From NCBI GenBank assembly GCA_963535465.1, contig CAUSWF010000003.1:38112-102111 (forward strand): a DNA stretch of 64,000 nt, given 5' to 3'. This document shows, one piece after another, positions 1 to 13,871 of the stretch. Made by a program: the position numbers and the translations under genes. The notes under the pieces are model-generated. The model saw only the letters and a list, made by a program, of their open reading frames with translations. It had not been told where the DNA came from and searched no databases. The stretch's first letter is position 1, and each line of letters begins with the position of its first letter. Source of the stretch: an uncultured Erysipelotrichaceae bacterium (GTDB taxonomy: Bacteria > Bacillota_I > Bacilli_A > RF39 > UBA660).

Positions 1-458
1 CTTCAAATATTCAAGATATGTCTCTTCCTCAAGCAGAAAAAGATAGTATTTTAAATAAGAAAATGAATTCAGATAAATTACTAACTTCTTATAAGAATAA
101 CCTTATTCAAGCAACAGAATTATTAAAGCAAAATCCAAATGGATTAAATATCGCAGCTGCAATAGTAATATATTATGACAATGCTGCTTATATCTTTGTA
201 GAAGGTATTGATGAAGAATATACTAATCTTAATGCTAGTTACCTATTAAAATGGCAACTAATAAATGATTGCTACGAAAAGAAAATGAAATATATCAATT
301 TAGATGGAATAGTTGGTGAACTAAATGAAGAAAATAAATATTCTGGACTTAATGAAATGAAATTAGGTTTTAATTCATTAATAACTGAATATATAGGAGA
401 GTTTGATTTAATAATAAATCAATTTAATTACAATTTATTTAAGAAGTTTAAAAAATAA
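1..458 (+). CDS. C-terminal part of FemAB-family peptidoglycan interpeptide-bridge aminoacyltransferase (gene start lies upstream of window)
   Basis: Reading frame is open to base 1. The C-terminal motifs NASYLLKWQLI...YINLDGIVG...NEMKLGFN resemble the FemABX C-terminus (xSYLLQW...YxFxGI...KxGFN). Stop at 456-458 is followed by a terminator hairpin. Confidence 0.5.
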   Translation, partial: SNIQDMSLPQAEKDSILNKKMNSDKLLTSYKNNLIQATELLKQNPNGLNIAAAIVIYYDNAAYIFVEGIDEEYTNLNASYLLKWQLINDCYEKKMKYINLDGIVGELNEENKYSGLNEMKLGFNSLITEYIGEFDLIINQFNYNLFKKFKK

Positions 459-481
459 GAGTTGGTATCAACTCTTTTTAT
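459..481 (+). terminator. rho-independent terminator of the fem-like gene
   Basis: Hairpin GAGTTGgtatCAACTC followed by TTTTTAT. Confidence 0.5.
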
Positions 482-494
482 CATAATTTCTCAA

Positions 495-520
495 TAAAAA
501 AACTTGAGTTTCCTCAAGCT
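495..520 (-). terminator. rho-independent terminator of tuf
   Basis: On the minus strand, hairpin CTTGAGgaaaCTCAAG is followed by TTTTTTT, which is the plus-strand A-run at 495-502. Confidence 0.5.
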
Positions 521-528
521 TTTTAATA

Positions 529-1713
529 TTATCCTTCGATTTCTGTAACGTTACCAGCACCAACTGTATGTCCACCTTCACGGATAGAGAACTTAGTTCC
601 TTGTTCCATAGCAATTGGGTGAATTAACTCTACTTCAAAAGTAATGTTATCTCCTGGCATTACCATTTCAGTTCCTTCAGGTAACTTGATTTCTCCAGTT
701 ACGTCTGTAGTTCTGAAATAGAATTGAGGACGATAGTTGTTGAAGAATGGAGTATGACGTCCACCTTCTTCTTTGCTTAGTACGTATACTGAAGCTTTGA
801 ACTTCTTATGAGGTGTAACTGTTCCAGGTTTAGCTAAAACTTGTCCACGTTCAACTTGTTCACGAGAAATACCACGTAATAGTACTCCAGCGTTATCTCC
901 AGCTTCTGCATAGTCTAATGACTTACGGAACATTTCAATTCCTGTTACAACTGTCTTTTGTGTAGGTCTAATACCAACGATTTCAACTTCATCATTTAGT
1001 CTTAATTGTCCACGTTCAACACGTCCAGTAACAACTGTTCCACGTCCTGTAATTGTGAATACATCTTCAATACTCATTAAGAAAGGTTTTTCATTATCTC
1101 TTTCTGGAGTTGGAATCCAACTGTCAACAGCAGCCATTAATTCATCAATCTTAGCACCCCAAGTTGGATCTCCTTCAAGAGCCTTAAGAGCAGATCCACG
1201 AATAATTGGAGTATTGTCTCCATCGAATCCATATTCTGATAATAGATCACGAATTTCAACTTCTACTAAGTCTAATAATTCTTCGTCATCTACCATATCA
1301 CACTTATTCATGAATACTACCATTTTTGGTACTCCAACTTGACGAGCAAGTAGGATATGTTCACGAGTTTGTGCCATAGGTCCATCTGTAGCAGCAATAA
1401 CTAAGATTGCTCCATCCATTTGTGCAGCACCAGTAATCATGTTCTTGATATAGTCTGCATGTCCTGGACAGTCAACGTGAGCATAGTGTCTGTTTTCTGT
1501 AGAATATTCAATGTGTGCTGTATTAATTGTAATACCACGTGCTCTTTCTTCTGGTGCCTTATCGATATCAGAGAATACAACTTCTTTGTTACCATTTTTT
1601 CCAGCTAAGTGCTTAGAAATAGCAGCAGTTAATGTAGTTTTACCGTGGTCTACGTGTCCTATTGTACCAATGTTAACATGTGGTTTAGAACGATCAAATT
1701 TTTCTTTTGCCAT
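529..1713 (-). CDS. tuf: Elongation factor Tu
   Basis: 394 aa. [17 protein letters not shown] and NKCD GTPase motifs present, with full-length similarity to EF-Tu. Confidence 0.97.
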   Translation of the reverse strand: MAKEKFDRSKPHVNIGTIGHVDHGKTTLTAAISKHLAGKNGNKEVVFSDIDKAPEERARGITINTAHIEYSTENRHYAHVDCPGHADYIKNMITGAAQMDGAILVIAATDGPMAQTREHILLARQVGVPKMVVFMNKCDMVDDEELLDLVEVEIRDLLSEYGFDGDNTPIIRGSALKALEGDPTWGAKIDELMAAVDSWIPTPERDNEKPFLMSIEDVFTITGRGTVVTGRVERGQLRLNDEVEIVGIRPTQKTVVTGIEMFRKSLDYAEAGDNAGVLLRGISREQVERGQVLAKPGTVTPHKKFKASVYVLSKEEGGRHTPFFNNYRPQFYFRTTDVTGEIKLPEGTEMVMPGDNITFEVELIHPIAMEQGTKFSIREGGHTVGAGNVTEIEG

Positions 1714-1787
1714 ATTATAAATTTCCTCCTTTGTTTACAATACATATTTTATCTAATAATTGAAGTATTTTCAACTACTATTTTTAA

Positions 1788-3872
1788 TTAATTACCTGAT
1801 TTTTTAATTATATCTTCAGCAATACTCTTTGGAACTTCTTCATAATGATCAAATGTCATGTTAAATTGAGCTCTTCCTTGAGTATTAGATCTTAAGCTTG
1901 TAGCATATCCAAACATTTCAGATAGTGGAACCATAGCTTCTAACTTAGTAGCATTTCCTTGAGCCTCTTGACTAAGTGGTCTACCACGACGAGATGTTAA
2001 ATCTCCCATAACGTTACCAAAATATTCTTGAGGTGTAACAACAGAAACCTTCATAACTGGTTCTAATAGTACAGGCTTACATTTATTTTTAATTTCTTTA
2101 ACTGCTAAACTTGCAGCTACTTTGAATGACATTTCGTTTGAGTCTACTTCATGGTATGAACCATCATGTAATGTAGCCTTAACGTTTATCATAGGATATC
2201 CAGCAATAACACCTGATTGTAATGCTTCTTGAATTCCTTTATCTACAACTGGAATATATTCTCTAGGAACTACTCCACCTACCACTTCATCAACGAATTC
2301 ATAAATCTTCTTATCATCTTCATTATTTTCAAGTGGTTCAAATTTAATCCATACGTGACCATATTGTCCACGTCCACCAGATTGCTTAACATATTTACCT
2401 TCACAATCTCCCATTTGTTTGATTGTTTCACGATAAGCAACTTGTGGAGCTCCAACGTTAGCCTCAACATGGAATTCTCTCTTCATACGATCAACTAATA
2501 CATCTAAGTGTAATTCTCCCATACCAGCAATAACTGTTTGACCAGTTTCTTCATCTGTATGAACCTTAAATGTTGGATCTTCTTCTGCTAATTTTTGTAA
2601 TGCTAATCCCATCTTATCTTGGTCAGCTTTTGACTTAGGTTCAACAGCAAGTTGAATAACTGGTTCTGGAACTACTAAGCTTTCAAGTATGATAGGATTC
2701 TTTTCATCACATAAAGTATCTCCTGTTGCAGTATTCTTTAATCCTACTGTAGCAGCGATATCTCCTGTGTATACATCTGTAATTTCTTTTCTAGTATTAG
2801 CGTGCATTTGTACTATACGGCCAACTCTTTCTTTTGAGTCTTTAGAACTATTAAGTACATATGAACCTGCAGCTAAATGACCAGAATAAACTCTGAAGTA
2901 AGTTAAACGACCAACGAATGGATCAGTCATAATCTTAAATGCTAATGCAGCGAAAGGTTCATTATCTGAAGGCTTTCTAACAACAGCATTTCCTTTTAAA
3001 TCTGTTCCAGATACTGCTTCTATATCAATTGGACTTGGTAAGTAATAAGTGATAGCATCAAGTAATAACTTAATACCCTTATTCCCTAAAGCAGTTCCAC
3101 ACATAACTGGGAAGAATTCTGCTTTTAAAGTTCCCTTTCTGATAGCTCTTCTTAACATATCAGTAGTAACTTCTCCACCTTCTAAATAAACTTCCATTAC
3201 TTCATCATCAAATTCAGCAACAGCATCAATTAATTCATTTCTCTTAATTTCAACTATATCAGCTAAATCTGCTGGAATATCTATTAATTCTTCAGTTTCT
3301 TGTTGATCTCCTATAAACTTATAAGCTTGCATTGTAACTAAATCAACAACTCCATTGAAATCACTTTCCTTACCAATAGGCCATTCAATTGGTCTAGCAA
3401 GTACTCCTAAACGATCAGTGATAGTCTTTAAACTATATTCAAAGTCAGCTCCCATCTTATCCATCTTATTAGCGAATATGATTCTAGGAACTTTAAATTC
3501 AGATGCTTGTCTCCAAACTGTTTCAGTTTGAGGTTCAACACCTGCTTGTGCATCAAGTAGAGCAACTGCTCCATCAAGTACACGAAGTGAACGAGAAACT
3601 TCAATAGTGAAATCTACGTGTCCTGGAGTATCGATTATATTAAAACGATAACCCTTCCAATGGCATGTTGTAGCAGCAGAAGTAATTGTTATACCTCTTT
3701 CTTGCTCTTGAGCCATCCAGTCCATTTGAGATTCTCCATCATGAGTTTCACCAATTTTATGAGTAACACCAGTTAAAAATAGTACACGCTCAGTACAAGT
3801 AGTCTTACCTGCATCAATATGAGCCATGATACCAAGATTTCTAGTTTTCTCTAATGACGTATCTCTTTGCAT
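1788..3872 (-). CDS. fusA: Elongation factor G
   Basis: 694 aa. [17 protein letters not shown] and NKMD motifs present. Conserved str-operon order S12-S7-EF-G-EF-Tu. Confidence 0.97.
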   Translation of the reverse strand: MQRDTSLEKTRNLGIMAHIDAGKTTCTERVLFLTGVTHKIGETHDGESQMDWMAQEQERGITITSAATTCHWKGYRFNIIDTPGHVDFTIEVSRSLRVLDGAVALLDAQAGVEPQTETVWRQASEFKVPRIIFANKMDKMGADFEYSLKTITDRLGVLARPIEWPIGKESDFNGVVDLVTMQAYKFIGDQQETEELIDIPADLADIVEIKRNELIDAVAEFDDEVMEVYLEGGEVTTDMLRRAIRKGTLKAEFFPVMCGTALGNKGIKLLLDAITYYLPSPIDIEAVSGTDLKGNAVVRKPSDNEPFAALAFKIMTDPFVGRLTYFRVYSGHLAAGSYVLNSSKDSKERVGRIVQMHANTRKEITDVYTGDIAATVGLKNTATGDTLCDEKNPIILESLVVPEPVIQLAVEPKSKADQDKMGLALQKLAEEDPTFKVHTDEETGQTVIAGMGELHLDVLVDRMKREFHVEANVGAPQVAYRETIKQMGDCEGKYVKQSGGRGQYGHVWIKFEPLENNEDDKKIYEFVDEVVGGVVPREYIPVVDKGIQEALQSGVIAGYPMINVKATLHDGSYHEVDSNEMSFKVAASLAVKEIKNKCKPVLLEPVMKVSVVTPQEYFGNVMGDLTSRRGRPLSQEAQGNATKLEAMVPLSEMFGYATSLRSNTQGRAQFNMTFDHYEEVPKSIAEDIIKKSGN

Positions 3873-3886
3873 ATATTACCTTTCTC

Positions 3887-4354
3887 TTACCATCTATAAT
3901 GAGCGAAAGCCTTATTAGCTTCTGCCATACGATGTGTATCATCTTTCTTCTTAATAGCAGCACCAGTATTATTAGATGCATCAACTATTTCATTAGCTAA
4001 ATTATCTGCCATACCTTTACCACCACGTTGTCTTGAATATCCAACTAACCATCTTAAAGCTAAAGCTAGACTTCTTGATGGAGTAACTTCAACTGGAACA
4101 GCATAGTTACCACCACCAACACGACGACTCTTAATTTCAAGTTGTGGTTTTAAATTTTCCATACAAGCATTAAACACTTCTAATGGTTCTTTTTTAGTTT
4201 TATCTTTTACCTTAGAAAATGCTTCATAAACTATAGTTTGAGCAGTACCTTTTTTACCATCTAACATAACAATGTTAATTAACTTAGCTACATCTTTAGA
4301 ACCGTATATAGGATCTGCTAAAATTTCTCTTTTTACCGCACGTCTTTTACGCAT
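3887..4354 (-). CDS. rpsG: 30S ribosomal protein S7
   Basis: S7 homolog. Start moved to internal Met7 (MRKRRAVK) because a GGAGG Shine-Dalgarno sequence lies inside the annotated N-terminal extension MEGGFT. Confidence 0.95.
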   Translation of the reverse strand: MRKRRAVKREILADPIYGSKDVAKLINIVMLDGKKGTAQTIVYEAFSKVKDKTKKEPLEVFNACMENLKPQLEIKSRRVGGGNYAVPVEVTPSRSLALALRWLVGYSRQRGGKGMADNLANEIVDASNNTGAAIKKKDDTHRMAEANKAFAHYRW

Positions 4355-4396
4355 TGTAAATCCTCCTTCCAATAATATTTAATGTTTTTTATTTAT

Positions 4397-4810
4397 TTAA
4401 GCTTTAGGTCTTTTAGCACCGTATTTACTACGAGCTTGCTTACGATCCTTAACTCCAGCTGTATCAAGTGTTCCACGAACTACATGATAACGTACTCCGA
4501 TCAAGTCCTTAACACGACCACCACGTATTAATACTACGCTGTGTTCTTGTAAGTTGTGTCCAATACCAGGAATATAAGTATCAACTTCTCTTCCGTTAGT
4601 TAAACGAACACGTGCATATTTACGTAATGCTGAGTTAGGTTTCTTAGGAGTCTTTGTTCCAACACGAGTACATACTCCACGTTTTTGTGGTGCAGTAATT
4701 TCAGTTTGTTTATTCTTTAAAGAATTTAATCCAACTCTAAGAATTGGAGACTTACTCTTTCTAACCTTATCCTTACGACTATTATGAACTAATTGGTTAA
4801 TTGTAGGCAT
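4397..4810 (-). CDS. rpsL: 30S ribosomal protein S12
   Basis: MPTINQL...[19 protein letters not shown]...GGRVKDLPGVRYH pattern typical of Firmicute S12. Confidence 0.95.
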   Translation of the reverse strand: MPTINQLVHNSRKDKVRKSKSPILRVGLNSLKNKQTEITAPQKRGVCTRVGTKTPKKPNSALRKYARVRLTNGREVDTYIPGIGHNLQEHSVVLIRGGRVKDLIGVRYHVVRGTLDTAGVKDRKQARSKYGAKRPKA

Positions 4811-4984
4811 AAAATCTATCTCCTTTCTTTACACATATCCAGGTGTATCATTTTGCTGTTTAAATAAAACTTCGCATAAAAAAGCAAAGTAAATTTAATT
4901 ACATTAATAATAATATCACTATCAAAAATCAAAGTCAACCATTAATTAATCTAATAACAACTTTAATAAAAAAAATAAAAAAAT

Positions 4985-5007
4985 AACCCCAATTTGGGGT
5001 TATTTTA
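4985..5007 (-). terminator. rho-independent terminator of rpoC (overlaps stop codon)
   Basis: Minus strand reads AACCCCAAaTTGGGGTT followed by TTTTTTATTTTTTT. Confidence 0.6.
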
Positions 5008-8000
5008 TTCCATTATTTGACTTTCTAAATTTTCAAGTGGCTCATCAGCAAGAATTTGTGATTGTAAGTCATATTCTACATCAGCATATTGCTTGCAACC
5101 AGTACCAGCTGGTATTAATTTACCAATAATTACATTTTCTTTTAATCCTGCAAGTGGATCTACTTTTCCAGCAATTGCAGCATCAGTTAAGATTCTTGTA
5201 GTTTCTTGGAATGAAGCAGCTGATAAGAACGAATCAGTTCCTAAAGCAGCCTTAGTAATTCCTAATAGTATAGGTTTACCTTTAGCAGGCTTCTTACCAT
5301 TAATTACAGCTTCTTTATTACCATCTTTAAATTCATTAAAGCTTACTTGAGAGCCAGATATAAACTTAGTATCTCCACTATCAAGTATTCTAATCTTACT
5401 TATCATTCTCTTAGCAATGACTTCAACGTGTTTATCTGAAACATCAACACCTTGAGAACGATATGTATCTTGAATTTCTTTTAAGATATAATTTTGTGTA
5501 GTAATAGGATCTGTTACAGCAAGTAATTCCTTAGGAGCAATAGCACCATAAGTTAATTTATCTCCAGGCATAACATGATCACCTTTTTCAACTAATAACT
5601 TAGTACCATAGTTAGTAACATGTTCTTTAGTTTCAACTTTATTAGTAATACTAATCTTATATTTACCATGATCTTCTTTAATCTTAGAAACAGTTCCTTC
5701 AATTTCAGCAATAGTAGCTTTTCCTTTAGGATTACGTGCTTCAAATAACTCTTGAACACGAGGAAGACCTTGAGTAATATCTTCAACTCCAGCAACTCCT
5801 CCAGTATGGAAAGTACGCATTGTTAACTGAGTACCAGGTTCACCAATTGATTGAGCAGCCATAACTCCTACAGCTTCACCAATTTCAACTAAGTTACCTG
5901 TAGCTAAGTTCTTACCATAACATTTCTTACATAAACCATTATGTGTAGAACATGTAAGAACTGACCTAATTTCAACTTCTTTAACTCCTGCATCAACAAT
6001 CTTATCAGCTAAATTATCTGTAACATATGTTAACGCTTCGCAAATAACTTTTCCAGTTTCTGGATGAACAACTTTATTATTAGTATATCTACCAACAATA
6101 CGAGATCTTAAATTTTCGATTACAGTACCAGTTTTTTCATTTATGAAATCACGTACTACTAATCCTTGATCAGTACCACAATCATCTTCTTTAATAACTA
6201 TATCTTGAGATACATCTACTAAACGACGAGTTAAGTAGCCTGAATCAGCAGTCTTTAAGGCAGTATCCGCAAGACCCTTACGAGCAGCGTGTGTAGATAA
6301 GAAGAAGTCTGATACAGTCATTCCTTCTATAAAGTTAGAAAGTACTGGAATTTCAACCTCTTCACCACTAGGTTTCTTCATGACACCACGCATACCAGCA
6401 ACTTGTGAAAAGTTATTAATATTACCACGTGCTTTAGAATTCATCATCATGAATACTGGGTTATCTAAATTAGCAGCAGATACAGCTTTAAGTTCATCTT
6501 GTACTTCAGCTGTAGCTTTTAGCCAAGACTCAACTACTTTTTCATGTCTTTCTTGATCAGTAATTAATCCACGTGAATATTGTTTATTAACACTATCAAC
6601 TGCTAATTGTGTTTTAGCTACTATTTCTCCTTTATTCTTACTTGTAATAATATCTGACATAGATACAGTTAAACCACAAATTGTAGAATACTTAAATCCT
6701 AAATCTTTAATATTATCAAGCATTATAGAAGTTTCAGTAGTTTTAAATCTCTTAAATACTTCAGCAATTAATTTTTCCAAATCTCCCTTAGCAAAAGGTT
6801 TTGCAAGTGGCATATTCTTAATTGCTTCTCTAATATTTTCTCCACGCCCTATAAAGAACTTATCTGGAACAACATTAGATATATTTTCCATACTTGGTTC
6901 ATTAACATATGTAAATGAATCAGGTAATTGTTCATTTAATTTTAATTTACCAACAGTAGTAACTAAATACTTACCTTTTTGATTGTCAGTAAATACTTTA
7001 TGAGTAAATGAATCAACTGGTATAGCTATACGAGTATGTAAAGTTATTTCTTTTCTCTCATATGCCATAAGTGCTTCATTACTATTCTTAAATACTCTTC
7101 CTTCCCCTTCTTCTCCTGCTTTTTCCATAGTTATATAATAGTTACCTATAATAACGTCTTGAGATGGAGTAACAATAGGATCTCCACTCTTAGGGTGAAG
7201 AATATTATTAGAACCTAACATTAACATTCTAGCTTCAGCTTGTGCTTCTTCAGAAAGCGGAACGTGAATAGCCATTTGGTCTCCATCGAAGTCAGCATTA
7301 AATGCTGTACAAACAAGTGGATGAAGTCTAATAGCCTTACCACCAACTAATATAGGTTCAAATGCTTGAATTCCAAGTCTATGTAATGTAGGAGCACGGT
7401 TAAGTAGAACTGGATGTTCCTTAATAGCCTCCTCTACTATATCCCAAACAGCTGGATCTCTAGCAGCAATCTTCTTATTAGCTTCTTTTATATTACGAGC
7501 AATCTTATTCTCAACTAATCCATGTATAACATGTGGTTTAAACAATTCTAAAGCCATTTCTTTAGGAACTCCACATTGATACATCTTTAAAGAAGGTCCA
7601 ATTACGATAACACTACGTCCAGAATAGTCTACACGTTTTCCTAATAAATTTTGTCTAAATCTTCCTTGTTTTCCTTTTAACATGCTAGAAAGTGATTTTA
7701 AAGCACGATTTCCGGCACCTGTAACGCTTCTACCACGTCTACCATTATCAAATAATGCATCTACAGCTTCTTGAAGCATACGTTTCTCATTTTGAATAAT
7801 TATACTTGGAGCAGATAAATCAATAAGTTTCTTTAAACGATTATTACGATTTATTACACGTCTATATAAATCATTTAAATCACTAGTAGCAAATCTACCA
7901 CCATCTAATTGAATCATTGGTCTTAAATCTGGTGGAATAACAGGTATACAATCAAGTATCATCCACTCAGGTTTTTGATTACTTTCATAGAATGAATTAA

Positions 8001-8634
8001 GTACATCTAATCTCTTTAATAATCTTGTTCTCTTTTGACCTTGAGCATCTACTAATTCAGCACTTAAAGTATCGATTTCATGTTTTAAATCAACTCTCTT
8101 AAGAAGTTCTCTAATAGCTTCAGCTCCCATTCCAACTTTAAATGTATTACCATATTTTTCATAATAAGTTCTATATTCTTTTTCACTTAAAGTTTGCTTA
8201 TTTTCAAGAGGAGTATTTCCTTTATCTATAACAACATAGCTAACAAAGTATAATACTTCTTCTAGTTCTCTTGGACTAATATCAAGTACTAATGCCATAC
8301 GAGAAGGAACACCTTTGAAGAACCAAATATGAGATACAGGAGTGGCAAGTTCGATGTGGCCCATTCTTTCACGTCTAACTTTTGAACTAGTAACCTCAAC
8401 TCCACATCTATCACATATTATATTTTTATAACGAACTCTCTTATATTTTCCACAAGCACATTCGTAATCTTTTGTTGGTCCAAATATTTTTTCACAAAAT
8501 AATCCGTCTCTTTCAGGCCTTAAAGTACGATAATTAATTGTTTCAGGTTTAGTAACTTCTCCGTAAGACCATTCACGAATCTTATCTGGTGAAGCAATAC
8601 CAATCTTTAATCCATCAAATTTATTAATTTCCAT
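5005..8634 (-). CDS. rpoC: DNA-directed RNA polymerase subunit beta'
   Basis: 1209 aa. Zn-finger CDRCGVE and catalytic NADFDGD motifs present. Confidence 0.97.
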   Translation of the reverse strand: MEINKFDGLKIGIASPDKIREWSYGEVTKPETINYRTLRPERDGLFCEKIFGPTKDYECACGKYKRVRYKNIICDRCGVEVTSSKVRRERMGHIELATPVSHIWFFKGVPSRMALVLDISPRELEEVLYFVSYVVIDKGNTPLENKQTLSEKEYRTYYEKYGNTFKVGMGAEAIRELLKRVDLKHEIDTLSAELVDAQGQKRTRLLKRLDVLNSFYESNQKPEWMILDCIPVIPPDLRPMIQLDGGRFATSDLNDLYRRVINRNNRLKKLIDLSAPSIIIQNEKRMLQEAVDALFDNGRRGRSVTGAGNRALKSLSSMLKGKQGRFRQNLLGKRVDYSGRSVIVIGPSLKMYQCGVPKEMALELFKPHVIHGLVENKIARNIKEANKKIAARDPAVWDIVEEAIKEHPVLLNRAPTLHRLGIQAFEPILVGGKAIRLHPLVCTAFNADFDGDQMAIHVPLSEEAQAEARMLMLGSNNILHPKSGDPIVTPSQDVIIGNYYITMEKAGEEGEGRVFKNSNEALMAYERKEITLHTRIAIPVDSFTHKVFTDNQKGKYLVTTVGKLKLNEQLPDSFTYVNEPSMENISNVVPDKFFIGRGENIREAIKNMPLAKPFAKGDLEKLIAEVFKRFKTTETSIMLDNIKDLGFKYSTICGLTVSMSDIITSKNKGEIVAKTQLAVDSVNKQYSRGLITDQERHEKVVESWLKATAEVQDELKAVSAANLDNPVFMMMNSKARGNINNFSQVAGMRGVMKKPSGEEVEIPVLSNFIEGMTVSDFFLSTHAARKGLADTALKTADSGYLTRRLVDVSQDIVIKEDDCGTDQGLVVRDFINEKTGTVIENLRSRIVGRYTNNKVVHPETGKVICEALTYVTDNLADKIVDAGVKEVEIRSVLTCSTHNGLCKKCYGKNLATGNLVEIGEAVGVMAAQSIGEPGTQLTMRTFHTGGVAGVEDITQGLPRVQELFEARNPKGKATIAEIEGTVSKIKEDHGKYKISITNKVETKEHVTNYGTKLLVEKGDHVMPGDKLTYGAIAPKELLAVTDPITTQNYILKEIQDTYRSQGVDVSDKHVEVIAKRMISKIRILDSGDTKFISGSQVSFNEFKDGNKEAVINGKKPAKGKPILLGITKAALGTDSFLSAASFQETTRILTDAAIAGKVDPLAGLKENVIIGKLIPAGTGCKQYADVEYDLQSQILADEPLENLESQIME

Positions 8635-11600
8635 TATAGATCAGCTCCTTCTTCAAATTCTTCTTCATCAAAAGATTCACCAAAATCTTCTTCAAATTCT
8701 TCCTCATCAAGTTCTTCTTCATCTTGCTCAAAACTTGCTTCTAATACATCATTATTTGTACCATCTGACTTATTAATTTCATCAATACTCATAACTACAT
8801 CTGCTTTTGATTCTTCATCTTCAATTTGTCTTAAATCAATTGCTTGTCCTTCTTTATCTATTATAGATACATCAAGACCTAAAGCTTGGAATTCCTTCAT
8901 AAGAACTCTAAATGATTCTGGAATACCAGGTTTAGGTAATTCATCACCTTTAATAATTGCTCCATAAGTCTTGTCACGACCTACTCTATCATCTGACTTA
9001 ACAGTCATCATTTCTTGAAGTGTATGTGCAGCACCATATCCGTATAATGCCCAAACTTCCATTTCTCCAAATCTTTGACCACCAAGTTGTGCTTTACCAC
9101 CTAAAGGCTGTTGTGTTACTAATGAATAAGGTCCAGTAGCACGAGCATGTAACTTGTCATCAACCATGTGGTGTAGTTTAATCATATACATTACACCGAC
9201 CATTATCTTATGATCAAAAGCTTCTCCTGTACGACCATCATATAATGTCTGTTTGCCAGAAGGATCCATCTTAGCTTCAGCCATCATAGCTTTAATATCA
9301 TCAAGTTGTGCTCCATCAAATACTGGAGTAGCAACTCTAACACCTAATCTCTTCGCAGCCATACCTAAATGAGTTTCAAGTATTTGTCCAAAGTTCATAC
9401 GAGAAGGAACACCTTGTGGATTTAACATAATATCAACAGGAGTACCATCTTCCATATATGGCATATCTTCTTGTGGTAATATTAATGAAATAACTCCTTT
9501 ATTACCATGACGTCCTGATAATTTATCTCCAACTTGAATCTTTCTCTTTTGAATAATATATACACGTATTACTTTATTAACTCCAGCAGGTAATTCATCA
9601 TTATCTTTTCTGTCATATATCTTAATATCGTGTACAATACCATCTCCACCATGTGGAACACGAAGTGAAGTATCTCTTACTTCTCTAGTCTTCTCACCAA
9701 AGATAGCATGTAATAATTTTTCTTCAGCAGTAAGTTCTGCGATACCCTTAGGAGTAACTTTACCAACTAAAATATCTCCCTCTTTTACCTCAGTTCCTAT
9801 AGCTATAATACCTTGTGAATCTAAATTACGTCTAACATCTTCTCCTACATTAGGAATATCTCTTGTTATTTCTTCAGGACCTAACTTAGTTTCACGACAT
9901 TGTATCTCATAACTCTCTAAATTTAGAGAAGTTAACTTATCTTCTTTCACTAAATTTTCATTTAGTATAATAGCATCCTCAAAGTTATAGCCTTCAAAAG
10001 TCATGAATGCTACTGTGATATTTTTACCTAATGCAAGTTCTCCCTCATTTGTAGAGTTACCATCAGCTAAAACATCACCTACTTTTACTTTATCACCTAC
10101 TTGTACAATAGGTCTTTGATGTGAACAAATACTTGAGTTAGCTAATTCAAAATTAGTTAATCTATAAGTTACATCTTTATCACCATTCTTAGTTCTAATT
10201 ACAACCTTCTTAGCATCTACATATGTAACAATACCATCAACTTTAGAGATTAATTCTACTCCAGAGTCTTTAGCTGCTATATACTCAACACCAGTTCCTA
10301 CTAATGGAACTTCAGTCTTAATTAAAGGCATAGCTTGACGTTGCATGTTTGCTCCCATTAATGCACGGTGAGCATCATCATGTTCAACGAATGGAATACA
10401 ACTTGTTGTTACTGAAACAACTTGTTGTGGACTAACGTCTATAAAATCAACATCTTCTGGTTTAACTAATAAATTATCACCATGGAAACGTACATTTACT
10501 TTTTTATCAGTTATCTTATTATTTTCATCAGTATTAACTAATGATTCTGAAATCATATAATTTTCTTCTTCATCAGCAGTCATATATACAACTTCATCAA
10601 TAATCTTACCATCCACTACTTTTCTATATGGACTCATTATAAATCCATATTCATTAATCTTAGCATAACTTGCTAAAGTAGTAATAAGTCCGATATTTGG
10701 TCCTTCTGGAGATTCAATTGGACAAATTCTACCATAGTGAGAACGGTTAACGTCACGCACTTCTGCACCAGTTCTATCTCTATTTAATCCTCCTGGTCCT
10801 AAAGCTGATAAACGACGTTTATTAGTTAATTCTGCAATTGGATTAATTTGATCCATAAATTGAGATAATTGAGATGAACCAAAAAATTCTTTCATAGCAG
10901 CAGTAACTGGCCTAATATTAATTAATGTCTTAGGAGTTACTTCTTCCATTTCTTGAGTAGTCATTCTTTCTCTGATTACTCTTTCCATTCTAGATACACC
11001 AATTCTAAATTGGTTCATTAATAATTCCCCAACTTGTTTAATACGTCTATTACCTAAATGGTCTATTTCATCAAAATTACCAACTCCGTTAAGTAAGTTT
11101 AAATAATACGATACAGATGCATAAACATCAGATATAGTTAATCTCTTAATATCTAAGCTTTGATCATTTCCGATTACTAACATCTTTTTCTTTTTATCTG
11201 TTGGATCTACTATCTTAACTACTTGAATCTTACCATAAGTATCTAATTCATCATTGATTAGTGCTTCTTTAATACCAAATCCAGCTTCTAGAGCACGACG
11301 AGCTTCTTCGATATTAGCTTTTGTAACTTTAGTACCTTTTTCTAAATATACTGTACCATCTACTTTTAAATCTTCTGCTAATGTTTGATCTAATAATCGA
11401 TCAATAACATTAAGTTTTTTATTAAATTTATAACGTCCAACCTTAGCTAAATCATATCTAAATTCATCAAAGAAATGAGTAATAATATTATTCTTAGATG
11501 AGTTTAATGTAGCAGGTTCACCTGGTCTTAATTTTTCATAAATTTCAAGTAATGCTTCATCTGTATTCTTAGTAGAATCCTTAGCAATAGTATTCTTTAA

Positions 11601-12245
11601 ATATTCATTTTCACCAAATAAATTATAAATATCTTCATCACTTGATAAACCAAATGCACGTAATAATGTAGTTAATGCTACTTTTCTTGTTCTATCAATT
11701 CTTACATATAAAACATCTCTAGCATCTGTTTCAAATTCTAACCAAGTACCTCTAGTAGGTATTATTTGATTAGTTATAGAAACTCTACCGTTTTTATCTA
11801 CTTCTTTATTGAAGTAAACTGAAGGAGAACGTACTAATTGTGAAACTATTACACGCTCACCACCGTTAATAACAAATGTAGCAGAATCAGTCATCATAGG
11901 CATATCACCTAAAAATATTTCTTGTTCTTTAACTTCTCCACTTTCTCTGTTAAATAGACGAACCATTACTCTTAAAGGAGCAGAATATGTAGTTTTTCTA
12001 TCCTTACTTTCTTTAATAGAATAACGAGGTTCATCAAAATGATAATCACCAAATTCTAGTGATAATGTACCAGAAAAGTTTTCAACAGGAAATAAATCTG
12101 CGAACACTTCTTTGATACCTTCGTTAATAAACCAATCATATGATTTCTTTTGGATTTCTAGAAGATCCTTAAGTTCATATGTGTTTCTTATTTTTGAGAA
12201 ATTTCTTCTCTCGTGTCTTCCGTATTTTACTACTTTAAATGCCAC
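8634..12245 (-). CDS. rpoB: DNA-directed RNA polymerase subunit beta (with about 60-aa acidic C-terminal tail)
   Basis: 1203 aa with full-length RpoB similarity. C-terminus is extremely acidic ([25 protein letters not shown]). Confidence 0.97.
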   Translation of the reverse strand: MAFKVVKYGRHERRNFSKIRNTYELKDLLEIQKKSYDWFINEGIKEVFADLFPVENFSGTLSLEFGDYHFDEPRYSIKESKDRKTTYSAPLRVMVRLFNRESGEVKEQEIFLGDMPMMTDSATFVINGGERVIVSQLVRSPSVYFNKEVDKNGRVSITNQIIPTRGTWLEFETDARDVLYVRIDRTRKVALTTLLRAFGLSSDEDIYNLFGENEYLKNTIAKDSTKNTDEALLEIYEKLRPGEPATLNSSKNNIITHFFDEFRYDLAKVGRYKFNKKLNVIDRLLDQTLAEDLKVDGTVYLEKGTKVTKANIEEARRALEAGFGIKEALINDELDTYGKIQVVKIVDPTDKKKKMLVIGNDQSLDIKRLTISDVYASVSYYLNLLNGVGNFDEIDHLGNRRIKQVGELLMNQFRIGVSRMERVIRERMTTQEMEEVTPKTLINIRPVTAAMKEFFGSSQLSQFMDQINPIAELTNKRRLSALGPGGLNRDRTGAEVRDVNRSHYGRICPIESPEGPNIGLITTLASYAKINEYGFIMSPYRKVVDGKIIDEVVYMTADEEENYMISESLVNTDENNKITDKKVNVRFHGDNLLVKPEDVDFIDVSPQQVVSVTTSCIPFVEHDDAHRALMGANMQRQAMPLIKTEVPLVGTGVEYIAAKDSGVELISKVDGIVTYVDAKKVVIRTKNGDKDVTYRLTNFELANSSICSHQRPIVQVGDKVKVGDVLADGNSTNEGELALGKNITVAFMTFEGYNFEDAIILNENLVKEDKLTSLNLESYEIQCRETKLGPEEITRDIPNVGEDVRRNLDSQGIIAIGTEVKEGDILVGKVTPKGIAELTAEEKLLHAIFGEKTREVRDTSLRVPHGGDGIVHDIKIYDRKDNDELPAGVNKVIRVYIIQKRKIQVGDKLSGRHGNKGVISLILPQEDMPYMEDGTPVDIMLNPQGVPSRMNFGQILETHLGMAAKRLGVRVATPVFDGAQLDDIKAMMAEAKMDPSGKQTLYDGRTGEAFDHKIMVGVMYMIKLHHMVDDKLHARATGPYSLVTQQPLGGKAQLGGQRFGEMEVWALYGYGAAHTLQEMMTVKSDDRVGRDKTYGAIIKGDELPKPGIPESFRVLMKEFQALGLDVSIIDKEGQAIDLRQIEDEESKADVVMSIDEINKSDGTNNDVLEASFEQDEEELDEEEFEEDFGESFDEEEFEEGADL

Positions 12246-12265
12246 TATTTTTCACCCCACGTAAA

Positions 12266-12853
12266 TTAATTTGAACATCTTATAATAAAGTATCCTTTAG
12301 ATTTAGCCAGAATCTCAACTTTATTATAATTGTCCGAAAGATCTTTCAATAATGATTTTGCTCCTTGTTCTTTGCGAATAACAAGTATTAAACTACCACC
12401 CTCAAGCAAATATTTAGAAGCATTCATTACTATGTCATATACAACTTTTTTACCAGCCCTTATAGGAGGATTAGTAACGATTGTATTGTATTTAGAAGTA
12501 ACTTTTTCATAAGCATTACTGCAAAAAGCATTAATATTAGAAACATTATTTTCTAATATATTCCTATTAGTCAAATGTAGTGCTCTTAAATTTACATCGA
12601 CCATATCTACACTTGCATTAGTAAGCTTAGAAAGTACAATTCCAAATACTCCGTAGCCACATCCCACATCAAGAATTTTGCCTCCAACCTCATCTAGCGG
12701 GATTACATCTAGAAGAAGTCTACTGCCAAAATCCAAACCGTTCTTAGAAAAAACACCATTATCAGTTAAAAAAGTAAATTTTTTACCCAAAACAAAGCAA
12801 TCCACTCTTTTTACATTGCTTGGTAGATTCTGATTTTCAAAATATTGCCCCAT
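12266..12853 (-). CDS. ybxB: Class I SAM-dependent methyltransferase, RsmC/ybxB-like (conserved position between rplL and rpoB)
   Basis: VGCGYG SAM motif and NPP motif (TNPPIRAG) present. Same position as B. subtilis ybxB. ATG at 12853 chosen because GGGGGA precedes it. The ORF-track start is a TTG. Confidence 0.75.
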   Translation of the reverse strand: MGQYFENQNLPSNVKRVDCFVLGKKFTFLTDNGVFSKNGLDFGSRLLLDVIPLDEVGGKILDVGCGYGVFGIVLSKLTNASVDMVDVNLRALHLTNRNILENNVSNINAFCSNAYEKVTSKYNTIVTNPPIRAGKKVVYDIVMNASKYLLEGGSLILVIRKEQGAKSLLKDLSDNYNKVEILAKSKGYFIIRCSN

Positions 12854-12981
12854 TTTATCCCCCAAAAAACAAAAAAAGAAGAAGAAAACTTTTAAATATA
12901 ACCGGTTTTCTTCCTTTCGTAAAGATATTCTACACTATTTTACATAATAAGTCAAACATTTTTAATAAAAAAGAGAAGTTA

Positions 12982-13350
12982 TTATTTAACTTCTACTTCA
13001 GCTCCAGCAGCTACTAATTTAGCTTTAATTTCTTCAGCTTCTGCCTTAGAAATATTTTCTTTAACTGCTCCACCGTTATCAACGATATCTTTAGATTCTT
13101 TTAATCCTAATCCTGTAATTTCTTTAACTACTTTGATTACTGCAACTTTAGCAGCTCCTCCATTAGTAATTACTACAGATACTGTAGAACTTTCTTCTTT
13201 TTCTTCTCCAGCAGCAACTGGTGCAGCAACTGCTACAGCACTTGGATCAACTCCAAATTCTTCTTTCATTCCATCTATTAGTTCTTTGATTTCTAATAAA
13301 TTCATTTCTTTAAGACTAGCAATAAAATTTTCTTTTGTTAATTTAGCCAT
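12982..13350 (-). CDS. rplL: 50S ribosomal protein L7/L12
   Basis: 122 aa. Ala/Glu-rich hinge and conserved C-terminal domain ([19 protein letters not shown]). Confidence 0.95.
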   Translation of the reverse strand: MAKLTKENFIASLKEMNLLEIKELIDGMKEEFGVDPSAVAVAAPVAAGEEKEESSTVSVVITNGGAAKVAVIKVVKEITGLGLKESKDIVDNGGAVKENISKAEAEEIKAKLVAAGAEVEVK

Positions 13351-13370
13351 TTCTATTTCCTCCTATTTTT

Positions 13371-13871
13371 TTATTTATTTTCTTCTAATTGTTGACTATA
13401 TAAGTCTAAACTGATTGATAAATCTTTTACAATTCCAATCATACTTCCAGCTAGCATTGTTAATAATGCATCTCTTGAAGGTAGTGCAGCATACTCAGCC
13501 ATCTTAGCCTTGTCTGCTATTTCTCCATCAATTACTCCTACCTTAAGTGATAATGCTGGATGAGTCTTAGCAAATTTTGCTAATACTTTAACTGCAGCAA
13601 CTTGATCGTTACTGTAAGCTAATGCACTAGGTCCTGCTAAAGAATCTTCTAAGTTAATTCCTAAATCATTGAAAGCTCTAGACATTAAAGTATTTTTGTA
13701 AATCTTATAGTCAGATCCTTCATTCTTAAGAGCAATTCTTAATTCCTTAGCTTCAGCATCAGTCATTCCACGATAATCAAATAATATAATTGATTTAGAA
13801 TCAGATACATTATTTTTAATTTCATCAATAACTAATTGCTTCTTTTCTAATATTGCTTTACTTGCCATCAA
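13371..13871 (-). CDS. rplJ: 50S ribosomal protein L10
   Basis: 166 aa L10 homolog upstream of rplL. Confidence 0.95.
   Translation of the reverse strand: MMASKAILEKKQLVIDEIKNNVSDSKSIILFDYRGMTDAEAKELRIALKNEGSDYKIYKNTLMSRAFNDLGINLEDSLAGPSALAYSNDQVAAVKVLAKFAKTHPALSLKVGVIDGEIADKAKMAEYAALPSRDALLTMLAGSMIGIVKDLSISLDLYSQQLEENK

Noticed and set aside
1055-1720. Plus-strand ORFs inside tuf (1055-1342, 1420-1608, 1511-1720)
   Set aside because: These are antisense shadow ORFs within a highly conserved gene. Their composition is low-complexity and no homology is seen.
2229-2880. Small ORFs inside or antisense to fusA (2229-2498, 2279-2470, 2689-2880)
   Set aside because: They overlap fusA entirely and are AT-rich frame artefacts.
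5093-5795. ORFs overlapping rpoC (5093-5350 plus strand, 5592-5795)
   Set aside because: Shadow ORFs within rpoC.
12330-13414. ORFs 12330-12512, 12820-13017 and 13133-13414 on the plus strand
   Set aside because: They are antisense to the methyltransferase and rplL, and one spans the intergenic terminator. None has an RBS or homology.
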